64,000 nucleotides of DNA, taken from the NCBI RefSeq assembly GCF_009914755.1, contig NC_060935.1; one strand, written 5' to 3'. Below are positions 27,267 to 39,410 of the stretch, piece by piece. Source of the DNA: the human T2T-CHM13v2.0 reference genome, Homo sapiens. Both the position numbers and the translations under genes were made by a program. The notes under the pieces are model-generated. The model was not told the origin of the DNA and did not search any database. It was given only the letters and a program-made list of their open reading frames with translations. Position 1 is the first letter of the stretch, and every line of letters begins with the position of its first letter.

Positions 27267-28109
27267 TGAAATAGAGGGGTATATTTGTGGGAATATATTA
27301 AAACTTGCCCACCCAGACAGAAGTAGTGGATGCTGCATTTTTAAATCTAGCAACTCAACTAGCATAGAAACATGATGCTCTGGCAGGAAGAAACTTAAAT
27401 AATCAGTTAGATTTTTGGTAATTTTCTGTAGCACACAGGAACCAGCAAATGGTATGGCTGTATGCCATACCTGCATGCCAACAAGAAAAATTTGTTAGTG
27501 TCATGGAATGGATAGAAATTTGGGAGAGGGTAAACATGCCATCCTGATGCTCCTAATGTCCAGAGAATGAAAATCTGGGCTGAATCAGAGGAGTATTCTA
27601 GAGAGAAGGAAGCTACCAAAACATGATCTCATAGCAAGAGACAGAAGACAAAATTGCAAGAAATTCTGTTAAAACAAAAATAGAGGCACTTGAAATCAGT
27701 GTTGATGCATAGGGAGCTCTCTGAACAGACAATAGAAATAAAGAAAATAACTAGTGATTAGTATAGAGTTGGCATACCTAAATGCTAGAAATGCTAAATT
27801 GCAAAATGAATTGGAAACAATGGCATTTCTTTGGAGACAAAAGGTATTGAAATGGGACACAGCCCCATTTGGTCTCTTGACAAAAAATGGACCTTGTCAT
27901 AAAATGCTCTCATATTCAACATTGACAAAACTTCACAACCCTTTTAATTATCAGATATGCTACTTTTTGACAAAAATCATGAGTTTCCTGTTGAAGATGA
28001 CAGACCCAATTATTTTAATGGGGAAACAAAACCTATGAAGGGGTTTGTAAGAAAGTGTATGCCTATCTTTCATCCCAAGCAAATGAGCAATTAATGGAAA
28101 GGATATTGT

Positions 28110-29010
28110 ATCTTCTGTAACCATGATTGGAAATCTTTCGGGAATTTTGGAGAATGGGGAGAATGTGGAAAACAGAAAATAAGTGTATTTGTTTGTGATT
28201 TTCAAAATTAAGAAATTTACATTGGTGAATCCAGAATGATGTTTCTCAAACAGCATTTTTTCTTGAAAGAATAATAGAGAGGTTAACTACAGTTATTTAA
28301 ACTTGAGTATTTGACCTTTTTTTAAAAAATGAAGGAAGCAAGCTTGTCCTATCATGTTTTCCAGTTTTATCATTGGCAACAAATACCATTGTACTGTTAC
28401 AACTGACAGTATTTGTTACCAATGGTCTGCATATCTGGACTTCCATAACTCTGCCTCAACTTTTCATATAGGAGAAAAAGTTTTAGTGGAGTATTAAAGG
28501 ATCTTATCCTGTTAAATATTTTATCAGTGACTTGGATAAACATTGAATCTGTGGCTACTTCACACTAGAAAGTTACACGATGTGTTGAATGGATAGAATT
28601 GAGATCCAAAGAGATTTCTTAAAGTGATATTGGTGTGTCAACTCTAACAAGATAATGTTTACTAGATTTAGGTACCTAAGGTACCTAAGCTTACCATAAA
28701 ATATGGTAAGCTTTAGGTACTTAAGCTTACCATAAAAATACGATCTCACTTATTCATCATGGGTGCGATAAGGCTTCTTAGGGATTTGTGAAACAAACAA
28801 AGAAACAACAAGAAGCTTAGAAATATCCAATGTCATAAGAGTAATATGAATAAAAAGGCTGAGATGTCTGTCAAAAAAATCCTAACAGAATCTTAGAATA
28901 AGGAAGATGTTGCCTCTATTCCGTATTGATCAGAACATGTCTGAAATAACATGCTTTCTTTTGGAGGGTAATATTTTAAATGATACATCGGTAAATAGAA
29001 TACATTTAAA
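28110..29010 (+). mobile_element. L3/CR1 LINE fossil (RT region), interrupted at about 28240-28424
   Basis: aatctttcgggaattttggagaatggggag...attttcaaaa; tatctggacttc (YLDF-like); cctgttaaatattttatcagtgacttggata; ggaagatgttgcctctattccgtattgatcagaacatgtctg. May extend upstream to about 27400. Confidence 0.65.
28245..28424 (+). mobile_element. Charlie1 internal fragment, inverted copy of about 29556-29712
   Basis: Hand alignment to the reverse complement of 29556-29710; Charlie1-like acaactgacagtatttgtt. Confidence 0.85.
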
Positions 29011-29023
29011 GAATAGAGTACAT

Positions 29024-30186
29024 TTATAGTTTTGGAAATCTCTTTAATACCAAACTTACTAGAAGATAACAGGATTCTCATATCTGCTTTTACATTCAGT
29101 CATAAAATACACCGTTGGAAAAGGGAGGAGTATTTTAATAGCCTTTTAGCTAATTGTGGATGGTCTTCTTTGATAGAACAGCAAAGTTCAAAAAGTTTTA
29201 GTTTCTTAAATATTAGTTGTGATGTAGAATCTGAAAAAAAATGAATGAATCTGAAATGAATGAATAAATGAATCAATGAATGTTTTATAATGTTACATTA
29301 AAATCCATGGGCCTGGTCTGTCTTGCACTTTGAGAAAATCTCTTACCAAAGATGGTTCTATAACAACCTAAATGACATATATTAGTCATTTAAAAAATAC
29401 TGGTTTTCTGATTCATTTAAATCTTCCAAATGTCGGCACATTTTATTATAAAACATCAAAAAAGTCACAATCACTAGTATTGTGGGTGTTTAAAGCTCCT
29501 GGTGAAAGATAAAGTTTTCCAAAATTCTATTTTCTTTTGAATTTTTCAGGTTTATCATTGGTAACAAATACTGCCAATTGTAACAGTACAATGGTATTTG
29601 TTGCCAATGATAAAACTGGAAAACATGATATGACAGGCTTGGCCAAATACTCATGTTTGAATAACTATAGTTAGCCTGTCCATCATTCTTTCAAGAAAAA
29701 ATGGTGTTTCATGAAAAACTCAGCTAGTTCAACACACACCCCAAACAATTGCATAAACACTTTTTTTTCAAGAAAGCCATCATGCTTCAGTGACGCAACA
29801 GAACTCTTTTGTGTGTACGTTCCATTTTGTCAAACATAGTCTTAAAAAAAAAAGAAACCAAGATATGTAATCAAGGATTAAGATTTAATAAAATTAATAA
29901 TTTTTACATCTTCTTTAAGAGTAGTCTGATGTGAAACTGGCTTTTTAGAAAATTTCTGCAGCGTATGACAGTGGAAAATATAGTGGCTACTGGTACAGCT
30001 TAGTGACAGAGCCACAATTCTTGTTAAGGTGCCAGCATTGCTTTTAACTATTGGTGCAAATGTCAATATAATGAATGAGGCAAATAACATTTTGGTGTTT
30101 TATAAAAATAGTTTTGCTCCAATGGACCCCTGAGAAGGTCTCAGACACCCCCGAGGGTCTACAGACCATACTTTGAGAATTGCTGC
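29024..30186 (-). mobile_element. Charlie1 (hAT) DNA transposon, one end truncated
   Basis: aatctctttaat...ggattctcatatctgct; ggaaaagggaggagtattttaatagcctttt; terminal ggacccctgagaaggtctcag...gaccatactttgagaattgctg. Confidence 0.88.
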
Positions 30187-30574
30187 TATTAAGTAAGGTG
30201 GCTTCGAAATCTTAAATTATTTAAAAAAGAGTTTTGTACTTTGTTATTCTGTGATTCCAGAGCTGTATCCCCTTAATTGGATCATATACATCTTACTCTA
30301 TTCATGTGATTTATGCCTTCCATTTTTAAACACGATTTTATGATGTCCAATTCTGCCCCGGTACTGAGAAGTGTAGCCTCTCTATTACTTTGGTTTGGGA
30401 GGAAAAGAAAAGGATTTGAAAAAGGGAATGCAGGAGAAAGGCTTAGGAATAGTTGCATCTGCTGAGAAGTAGAGACATAGCGTTGTGCAGACATGCAGTG
30501 GATGAGCAGGAGAAGACACGCTGCCTGTTGTAGGACCTTTGGGAACAAGGCTCTTCCCTAGGGCGACCTGGGAT

Positions 30575-30762
30575 ATCATTAGTCCTTAAGGAGGGTTGTG
30601 TTTCAGAAAATCCTAGACACATTTTATAAAATGTGCATTCTTGGGCGATCCACTCAGACGCTCTGAGTTTGTATATCTTTTGGGGGTAGGAGTAACAGGG
30701 CAATCTTAGTTTGCAAACACCCAGGTGATTTTGATCTACATCTTGATTAAACACAATTGCCT
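30575..30762. mobile_element. MER5-like hAT MITE remnant
   Basis: aaaatgtgcattcttgggcgatccactcagac...caaacacccaggtgattttgat. Confidence 0.5.
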
Positions 30763-32044
30763 TGGGAGGTAAGATGAATAAACACAATTGAGCCAGTAGA
30801 TAATTGGTTTATCTGTTTCCATAGTGTTGAATAAAGGATGGGTGATTCATCTTCCATGGTTGGGAGAGAGAGTTCAGGGCTTAGCAACAGTTCTGAGGAT
30901 TAGTCAAGGGAACACATTAAAGAATACGGTTTTAATCTGAGTTGGTCGGTGGAGGAAGAATTTTCCCAAACCCCAGGAGCTCTTTTTTTGTTGTTATCAA
31001 CATCTTTATTCAGCATTACTTCACTCTTTAGCAAGATAGAAGTTAATGACAACTAAGAGTCTTAGGGAAAAAAAAAAGGCATTGAAGACCAATAGCGGTC
31101 CACAAGAACATGTCTGAGTAGTAATTGCTACTTTCCTTTCATCAATTTAACTTGCAGTCACTCAAGTAAGAACACTTGGAGTGGAAAATCTATTAATATT
31201 AAGGCCTGGGACTGGCTGGAAGCACAAACTGTGGGGAATGAGGGTTATAGCTGCCCATTTTTTCAGTGTTGTAACTCAATCTACTGAAGACATGGCAAAG
31301 AAACTAGAAAAGCTCTTCTCTTGATTTTTTATAAGCGGCATCAAATAGCCTGTTCCTAACAGATGCATGGTCCTGGTTTATTCTGAGAAAGACTTGGGAT
31401 GGTGGTTTCTGATGGGCACAGCCTGAAAGATCTGAACACAGATGAACTAGGCCAATTCACTGCCAATCTCTTCAGATTATTTTTAAAAGTGCAAAAAAAA
31501 ATGGTACTTCTACTTTCTCTGTTTCTTACAGAATTATGCAGTTTGGACAATGGCCATTTGGACTCACATAGAGGTGTCATCCTGTTACTGTGTGGTTTTG
31601 TTTGTCTGTATTATGCATTTTCAACCTCAAAGGAGGTGATTTCCAGAAAGCTACAGTTTAGCCATGCAGCCACCAGGGAGTGGTAGTGTGCAGCTTTAAT
31701 GTGGCACCAACTATGTGGAGTATACTTTCTCTGGAATATAATATGGCCGCTCTAGTCCAACATTTACTTGCATTAAAACCTTTATTTTCCATACATTATT
31801 TTAATATCTTATTATAATAGTTAAAGCAAAATAAATGTGAAAACAGTTAATATTTTGCGAATAATATAAATGAACTTTGATCTGGTGATAACAAATATCT
31901 ATCAAAAGCATGCCATTAACTTGGAACCGGTCAAAACACTTTGAAGCTGTAGCTCATTGAAAGATCTTGATGACCCTGTGAGGTAGGTACTATTAATGTT
32001 ATTTTTTTTTAGATGAAGAAACCAAGTCACGGATAAATTAAATA

Positions 32045-32368
32045 CAGATGCTTCTCAACTTACAATGAGGTTGCATCCTGATAGCCCATTGAAGGTTGAA
32101 AATGCATTTAATACACCTGGCCTGGCAAACATCACAGCTTAGCTTAGCCTGTGCTAAATGTGCTCAAACACTTACATTAGCCTATAGCTGGGCAACATTA
32201 TCTAACACAAAGTGTATTTTATAATAAAGTATTGAATATCTCACGTACCATGTATCGCTAGATCTAGAAAAGATCAAAATTCAAAGTTCATTGAAACTGA
32301 GGCAGTTTTATGCTATTGTAAAGGTGAAACATTGTAAATGAAATCTTTCTTAAGTTGGAGACCTCCTG
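32045..32368 (+). mobile_element. MER47-family (Tigger5-derived) MITE inserted in a MIR (about 31955-32460)
   Basis: TA|cagatgcttctcaacttacaatg ... cttaagttggagacctcctg|TA; internal aatgcatttaatacacct and cacttacattagcctatagctgggc. Confidence 0.88.
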
Positions 32369-33531
32369 TAATATGAACAAATTACATGGCTAGATAGATT
32401 TATGAGTCATACTCAGGCGTCCTATCTACAGGGCCCCTACTATTAACGAAGCTACTTTGCCTCTATTCGACTTTTATTTCTCTCATGACTATTACTATAC
32501 ATTCTAACGCTAGTCTTATATACTAACTGTATACATTATAACTAACTGTAACATTTTGTTCAGGTTTATTTTCTTCTGGGTTTCCCACAATAATTAGCTT
32601 CACAGGATATTACAAGTAGCTATTACCCCTGAATGAGGATCTTTGGGACATCTGAAAAGTGAGCAAAGTGCTTCTAATACAAGGTTATATTAAGGAATTT
32701 AATTAATAGAAAATACTATACAACATATACGCTAACCATTTTATTGGTATTATTTACATTCGCTGCCTATTGATAGGAAAACCCACTGGGCAGCCTTAGT
32801 CATATTACCCAGAACTCAGATACCCTTTCCTTTCCACTGGGGGCGCAAGACTGATGATAGACTTTTGGCTTCAGTTTCCCAATGGTTATGGGACTCTATA
32901 AAATACATTAAGTCTCACAAGGAGCCAGTATTTCTCTGGTTTCTTTGTTGTTGTTGTTGTTTGTTTGTTTATTTTTTCATGGAACTATGAACTGTCTGCT
33001 AGAACTGGCCCTCTATCCTGGCTTCCCTGTCTTATGGAATGCAATCCTGTTGCTTTCTGTCTTATGGAAGCTGTAGGTTGTATAGTAGCTTCTGTCTGCT
33101 TTAAAATCTCCTGTCTGTCAGAGGCAAACATGTCACCAAAATCCTCTTGTATATCTCTAGAAGGAAAACAAGAATGATAGACATGTAGTTGTAAATGTAT
33201 ATATTTACTTCTGCTGGTAGTTCCTGTTTTCTATTTGCAATGCCTTTTCTTTACTTAGGCCATTCATGTTGAAGGTTCCAGGGATCTTTCTGATGACTCT
33301 GTCCTTCAACTCCCTGGAACTATAATAGCCCCTATATTCCAGAACTGATATAAAATTCAAACTTTGTATCTTCCTCTAAATCCTGTCCAGACACTGGAAT
33401 AGTCCAGCTTTGAACTACCCTAGTATCAAAGTCTCACATAGTGGTGTCCCCTCCAGTCCAGGTGTGAGCACGGCAGTCTAGGGAATCTTTTCTGTGACTG
33501 AACTTCTTGGTGCACTGTTTTAAAATAATGC

Positions 33532-33981
33532 TGTCATGGTGCAGCCCCAGTGTGACTCACCTCCCAGGATTTACGCCCTTGTGTATTCCCATCCCGCATT
33601 GAATATGGCTGGCCTTTTCACCCCATGGTATAGCGTGGAAGTGAGGATGCGTGACTTCTGAGGCTAGGTCAGAAAATATACTGTGCCTTCTGCCTTACTC
33701 TTTCCTGGATCACTCACTCTGGAGCAAGTCAGCTGCCGTGTAATGAGGACACTCGAGCAGTCCTGTAGGGAGACTCCCACAACAAAGACCTGAGGCCTCC
33801 TGTCAGCCCCTGCGCCAGCTTACCAATCACGTGAGTGAGCCACCTTGAAAACAAGTCCTGCAGCCCTAGTCAAGCATGTGGATGACTGCAACTGCCCAGC
33901 TCAGCTGCTTCCAAGATGCACAGAAAATGTGGCACACACATTTAGAGGTAATTGTTTATGCGGTAATAAATGACTAACATA
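33532..33981 (+). mobile_element. MaLR solo LTR (MLT1F-like)
   Basis: gtgacttctgaggctaggtca...ggatcactcactctgg...cacgtgagtgagccaccttg...ggtaattgtttatgcggtaataaatgactaaca. Confidence 0.85.
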
Positions 33982-34297
33982 TAGAGAGTTCTCCATCCTC
34001 AACTAGTTTCTTGCTGCCAGAAGCCATTTGGCAATCCCTATGATTAGTTTGCTGTAATCACAGAAGTATTTTCTATGACTTCTCCCTCTAGGAAAGGGGT
34101 TAAATTGACTTTTCTCCTACACCCAAATTCACCTCTTAGGCCTATAGCTACTGGACTGATTTGCATAGGATACTGAGATTACTTATCTACCAAGCAATAC
34201 TCAGTTCCCACTAGCAATAACCTTGGATGCTGGATTATTTTAAGAAGTTTAAAGAGGCCATATTCACTGTAAAATATAGGTAGAGTAAGAGTTTCTG

Positions 34298-34560
34298 CTG
34301 CATAGTGGGAAAAAAATCTTTAGGTTTAGAGTCGGGCATATCTGTTTTGAATCCATCATTGGCCACTTATTAACAGTGACTCAGAAGTTGCCTTGCACAA
34401 ATTATGGAACATATCTGAGCTTCAGGTTCCCCGTTGTAAAACAAGGATAGTATCTTGCCTGGCTATGTGAAGATTTTAAATGATATACCTTTTAAAATCA
34501 ATCTCACAAAACATAGTGCCATACAGATAATGGGAATTTAATAAATCATAGCCCCCATTA
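34298..34560 (+). mobile_element. MIR
   Basis: ttagagtcgggcatatctgttttgaatcc...tctgagcttcaggttccccgttgtaaaacaaggatag. Confidence 0.75.
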
Positions 34561-34883
34561 ATAGTAAAAGAAGATCTTCGACAACAGACTGAAATTGAAA
34601 AACTAACTTATTTTGGGACAGAGATGTCCCAGGTGGTTCCAAAGTGGGAGAGGAGGAAAAGCCTTCTTTCATTTAAGGTAGGGCTTGAAGAACAGCCAGT
34701 GTCTCAGCGGTGGAGCGAGAAGGATGGCATCTTAGGCCTAGTGTTAGAGAGGAGGAAAGGGGTCACTTGTTTTAGGATGAAGTTGGGGCAGAAAGTAGTT
34801 CAACTGGGCTCCAGCATGGGAAATATAGAGAAAGCAATAGATGGTACACTGGGAGAGGTCAGGAAAAGCCATGGTGAAAAGCC

Positions 34884-35102
34884 TTGGCTTTTCAACATTG
34901 GCACTATTGACACTTTTGGCTGGATACATCTTTATTGTGGGGGACTGTCTTGTGCATTGTAGGACGTTTAACAGCATCTCTGACCTCTACCACTAAATGC
35001 CCTTAGCACCTACCTCTTACCATTCATGACAGACAAATGTATCTTCAGGCACTGCTAAATGTTTCCCTGGGGGCAAAAATTGCTCCTGGTTGAAAACAAT
35101 TG
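34884..35102 (-). mobile_element. MER20
   Basis: ttttcaacattggcactattgacac...tgtgggggactgtcttgtgcattgtaggacgtttaacagcatc...ccctgggggcaaaaattgctcctggttgaaaac. Confidence 0.9.
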
Positions 35103-36280
35103 CCTTAGTCTAATATTCTCACCTTTGCTGAGAACGTCACTGGCACTCAGAGAAGATGCTTGCCTGGACCAAAGACACACAGCCTGACACTGCTGAACCA
35201 GGTCCAGATGCTCCAAGTGCTTCATCCCTCTCTACACGCTTGAAAAGCAGCCAGGTAGTCTTTGCCAGAGTAAGTGGAATGAGAAAGAAATAGATTATTA
35301 AAGAGACTTAGGTGTAAAGGAGCAAAAGGCATCATTAGTCTGGACAGGGAGAGTCACGGATGTCATCTTATTTAAAAAGCATTAATGTGAGTATTAAAGG
35401 AGTCGACACTAGGAAGTGTCCAGCATGGTATGTGGTGCCTTGTAAGTGACCAGAAACGATGCTTTCTCCTTCCTTTCCTGATGATAATTTGGGCTTAATT
35501 CAGTGGGCCATGGGGAGCTGCAGGACACTTTTTATAGGTCAGTGCATTATCATAGTGGGAAAGTGACATTCTACCTGAAGCTCATGGCTTTTGTTTTATC
35601 CTAGGAATATGTCTTATCTCTAGGGGACATATGCCCCCAGGGACTGGCATGGCGCCTGCTCCCTAAACGTCCTCAATTACCATTTCCACCCATCAAGGAA
35701 GTTACTCTCTCCAGAAAAGATCAGGACATAATGAGTCCTATGCTGAGTGATTAAAACAAATGATACTGCAGTCCAGCAAGGTGGCAGGGCAGTGAGGAGG
35801 TGGCTGAAGTGATTGGCTCCCCTTAAATGCAGCTCAATTTTGAATAATACAGCTGCTTACCCAATAGCTGCCTGAACACAAACCTTTGGCAGCTGGTCAC
35901 CCTCCAGTGCCTTCGGGATGGGGTCACCAAGGGCTGACACACTTTCTGAATTGAAGCAGTGGACTGTGAAATAGGAATTACTGACAGCTCTTAGGTATAT
36001 CAAGAGAACAGCCCTATTCCTTAATACAGAGCCACTAATAGACATCTAGAAACCTATAAAACAGACAATTCCTCTATATCATCCTAGTTAAATCAATGTA
36101 CTTATATTACCCTCATCATTTTCCCTTTAATGTTTATTACATTTTGCCACAGTAATTTATTTTTTCATATCCATCAGCCGATTAAAGACTTTATTCTGAA
36201 GATACACACATCCTTGTGACCTAGTTGAAACTGACCTAAACTGTTAAGTAAAAAGCAATGTGGTGTTTGGTGGGGGAAGT

Positions 36281-36563
36281 TACCTTCTCTCTTTCTCTCT
36301 CTCCCCGCACCATCCTCCACCTCCTTTCTTCCCCTCTCCCCTCTTCCTTTTTCTGTGTAGCACTTCCATTGTTCTAGGGGAGTGAGATTTCCAGTGATGT
36401 AAGCTTATATTTTTTGTACTCTTCCTTTCTAGGCATTCAGACAATTTGCTAACCTCCCTGAATGTCTCTTTTCTCTGGTGTTGTGTTAGTTCCTCTCTTA
36501 GTGTGTCCCTTTCCTGCTTTTTGCCCCCGCTCTTCCCCCCTCCCTGTAACCCTGTGTCTTCCT
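36281..36563 (+). repeat. Pyrimidine-rich low-complexity tract
   Basis: C/T-dominated runs on the plus strand. Confidence 0.7.
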
Positions 36564-37494
36564 GAATGACACGTGATTTCCTGATAGGGAAGATATTCAA
36601 GACTTGAAAGACCCACTGGCCGTGGTAGACTGGAAGATGCAGGAGTGCTCACCTTGACCACATGCTGCACCTGCTGGCAGCAAGAAAGAAGCCTCAGTGC
36701 ATCTCTGCCTTTGGAGCCACAGCTAGAGGACATTACAGAATAAAGAGATGGTTGAATTCAGTATATAATTTAAGTCACATTCCCCCAGAAAATGCCCGCG
36801 CTTCAAATGCCATGTTATCACTTCTTTGAGGTGAAACTTACAATTGGAAAAACAAAGCACATGTGCCCTCTTAGAGGATTACAGTATGAAGTTGTCATCA
36901 TTTGCTAACACCATAATTTATCATTAAGTTTGAACAAAAAGTGGAATTGTATAACTTTGGAAGAAAATACCTGGGTACATAGAGTAGTCTGCTGATGGAT
37001 TGAGGTGGGCATAGACATCAGTGTAGCTAGTCGAAGTTGGGAAGTTCAGAGAGATTCTGGGCAGTTAAAGAGAATCAGGAGAGCTCTGACCTGGACAGAG
37101 GCTGAAGACAGGAACACTTTGCTCAAATAGACGGCCCACTTTTTCCTTGGGGCAAGGTGTTTCTGAGCATTATGCTATGGTTCTTAAACTTCCTTAGCTA
37201 CAGAATTCTTTTTGAAGTGGACTCTAATGGCGATGACTAATATGCAAACGAGGAAAATCTCAAGCTTCTGTGATTGGGGAAGAAGTAGACAAGGGAACCC
37301 AAAGGGAGCTTTGCAAAATTTGTAACCTGAAAACCTCTGAAACCTTCTGACACCCAGGTTACCTCCCTTCATATCCCATATGGAAAGGTTTCCAGTCCAA
37401 TCTTAACCTTCCTTATTAAAGAGAGAACCCCCATACATTTATAAGCATGAGGAAGTGGAACCTCAGCCAGTTGCTGAGTTTGGCTGTTTGAGAG

Positions 37495-37845
37495 ATTTTT
37501 CCTACCTTGAATTCACTCAATCAGGCAAACTGTCATTCATCCTTCAAATTCAATCCAAACATCATCTCCAGAAATCTTTCTCTCAATTCTGAGTCTGATT
37601 AAAACAGGTGCATCTCTTCTTTGCTCTTATAGCACCTTTGTGTATGATTCTACTGTAACACTTATGTTACCCTCTTGAGATCATCATTTTGAATGTTTGT
37701 CTCTACCCCTGGCCTCTGGGCTTCTAAAGTGAAAGGCAATAAAGGTACTGGTTGACTTGGAATTTCTGGCACATACTGGACTTTGTGGTCTATGGCTGGT
37801 TCTCAATAAAGTTTTGCTGAGAAAATGAATGAATGAATGAATAAC
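37495..37845 (+). mobile_element. L2 3' end
   Basis: ttcatccttcaaattcaatccaaacatcatctcc...tctggcacatac...ctcaataaagttttgctgag...gaatgaatgaatgaat. Confidence 0.8.
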
Positions 37846-39049
37846 ATTTGGTGACTGTATTTAATTCGATCGTTTTAGATGACAGACTCTAACAAGTAGC
37901 GCCTGTATTCCAGCACCTGGACTCTACATACCATTTTTTTTAAAGCAGGACATTTGTATTACCAATGCATTAAACTATCCTTTGTCTTCCTGCACTATAC
38001 CACGTCTACCTCATTCCTTGAGTAAATACTTTGCCTTGTGGTATTTGTCATCAATTTTCTATGGCATTTACTTATGTTCCAACTGGGGCATGTGTGTTGT
38101 GTAAACATCCCCTTGTCATATACATTTCTTGGTGATAGTCCTCTGGAACCATTTATAAACTGTAATTAATTTGTGCCAGAGCTTTGCTGAGGTGAAATGG
38201 GTGCCTTTAATCCTTCCTTTGCACATGGAGAACTGGAGAGATGAAATGATTTAAAAGTAACCATGTCTTAGATCAGTGTTTGGGATTGGTAAAGGGATTT
38301 AGTGCTTCCTAGGCTTACGCTTTAGCCTCCAGGTCCTGCTGCCTCAGATAAATTGCATTTTTTTTTTTTTTCAGGGAAACCACAGTCATAACATTTTGCT
38401 TACACAGAAATCCTGCCCATAGTCAAAACCTCCCATAGACAACCTAAATTCAGCCACCCACATCCCCATTCCACAAATATAATATTTTCAGGGTCCTTTG
38501 GCTTTTTTATCCAGGATATTTTTTCCCATAGGAGTTCTTTGCCATTAAATATGTAACAGAATCTTGCCAAAATTCATCATATGATTTTGATAATAAGAAA
38601 ATTAAATGACTGGAACAGAAGACATCCACACAGTCTGTTTCTCAGTTTATCCTGAAACGAAATGCAGTCTCAAATCTTAACCCTAACTGGAATCCAAAGA
38701 ATGAAACATTTCAGAAAATAAGCTAATTTCATAAGCTAACAATTTAATCAATATCATCTAACTTTAAGATCAGCCAATCAACAATATTAACAGTTTAATC
38801 TTTACCTGGGCTTTGATCCACCTTTTGGGATATACATATTCCTAGTTATTTTCTGGTCTACATTGATATATTTATATTCATGCCAGCTGTTATGGATATG
38901 GATACTTGAAAGCAATTAACAGCCAGCTGCCTTAAATCATTTTCCAAATAAAGCAGCATAAATAAACATGTATTCCTCAACTGTGGTTCCCAGACACCTC
39001 ATGATACCTCCCACTATTTCAATGAAGATTTAAAGGTCTACCCTTAGAA

Positions 39050-39410
39050 TAATAACTACTAACCTACATCGAGCCCGCACTGTGTGTCTGGCAGTGCTCT
39101 ATGCCCTCAACACACAAACTCAAGTCTTCCTTATAACCACATGGGAAATCAGGTAATTTGAAGCTCATCCCAGGTTACATCAATGGTAAATGTATGCTTT
39201 TGAATTTGAACACAGGCAGTCTAGTTACAGAGCTTGTATATCAAAATACCTTATAATAATGATAATCTTAGAATTGGCCGACTTTTGGGGGACTTGCTAT
39301 TCAAAGTGGGGTTTATAGAGCAACAAGATCAGCATCAGCTCAGAGCTTCTCAGAAATGCAGCCTCTTGGTTTTTCCCCAGACCTACCAAACCATGATCTC
39401 CATTTTACCA
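39050..39410. mobile_element. MIR (antisense) followed by a MER5A fragment
   Basis: tttgaacacaggcagtctag (MIR); gctattcaaagtgggg...cagcatcagctcagagcttctcagaaatgca (MER5A). Confidence 0.6.

Noticed and set aside
26904-27476. Long K/E/R-rich and S/F/L-rich ORFs, up to 175 aa
   Set aside because: Artefact of a stop-free purine microsatellite plus Alu sequence.
31668-32847. CTCF-like words ccaccagggagtgg (about 31671) and ccactgggggcgc (about 32834)
   Set aside because: Each breaks key positions or the spacing of the core motif; not supportable without ChIP data.
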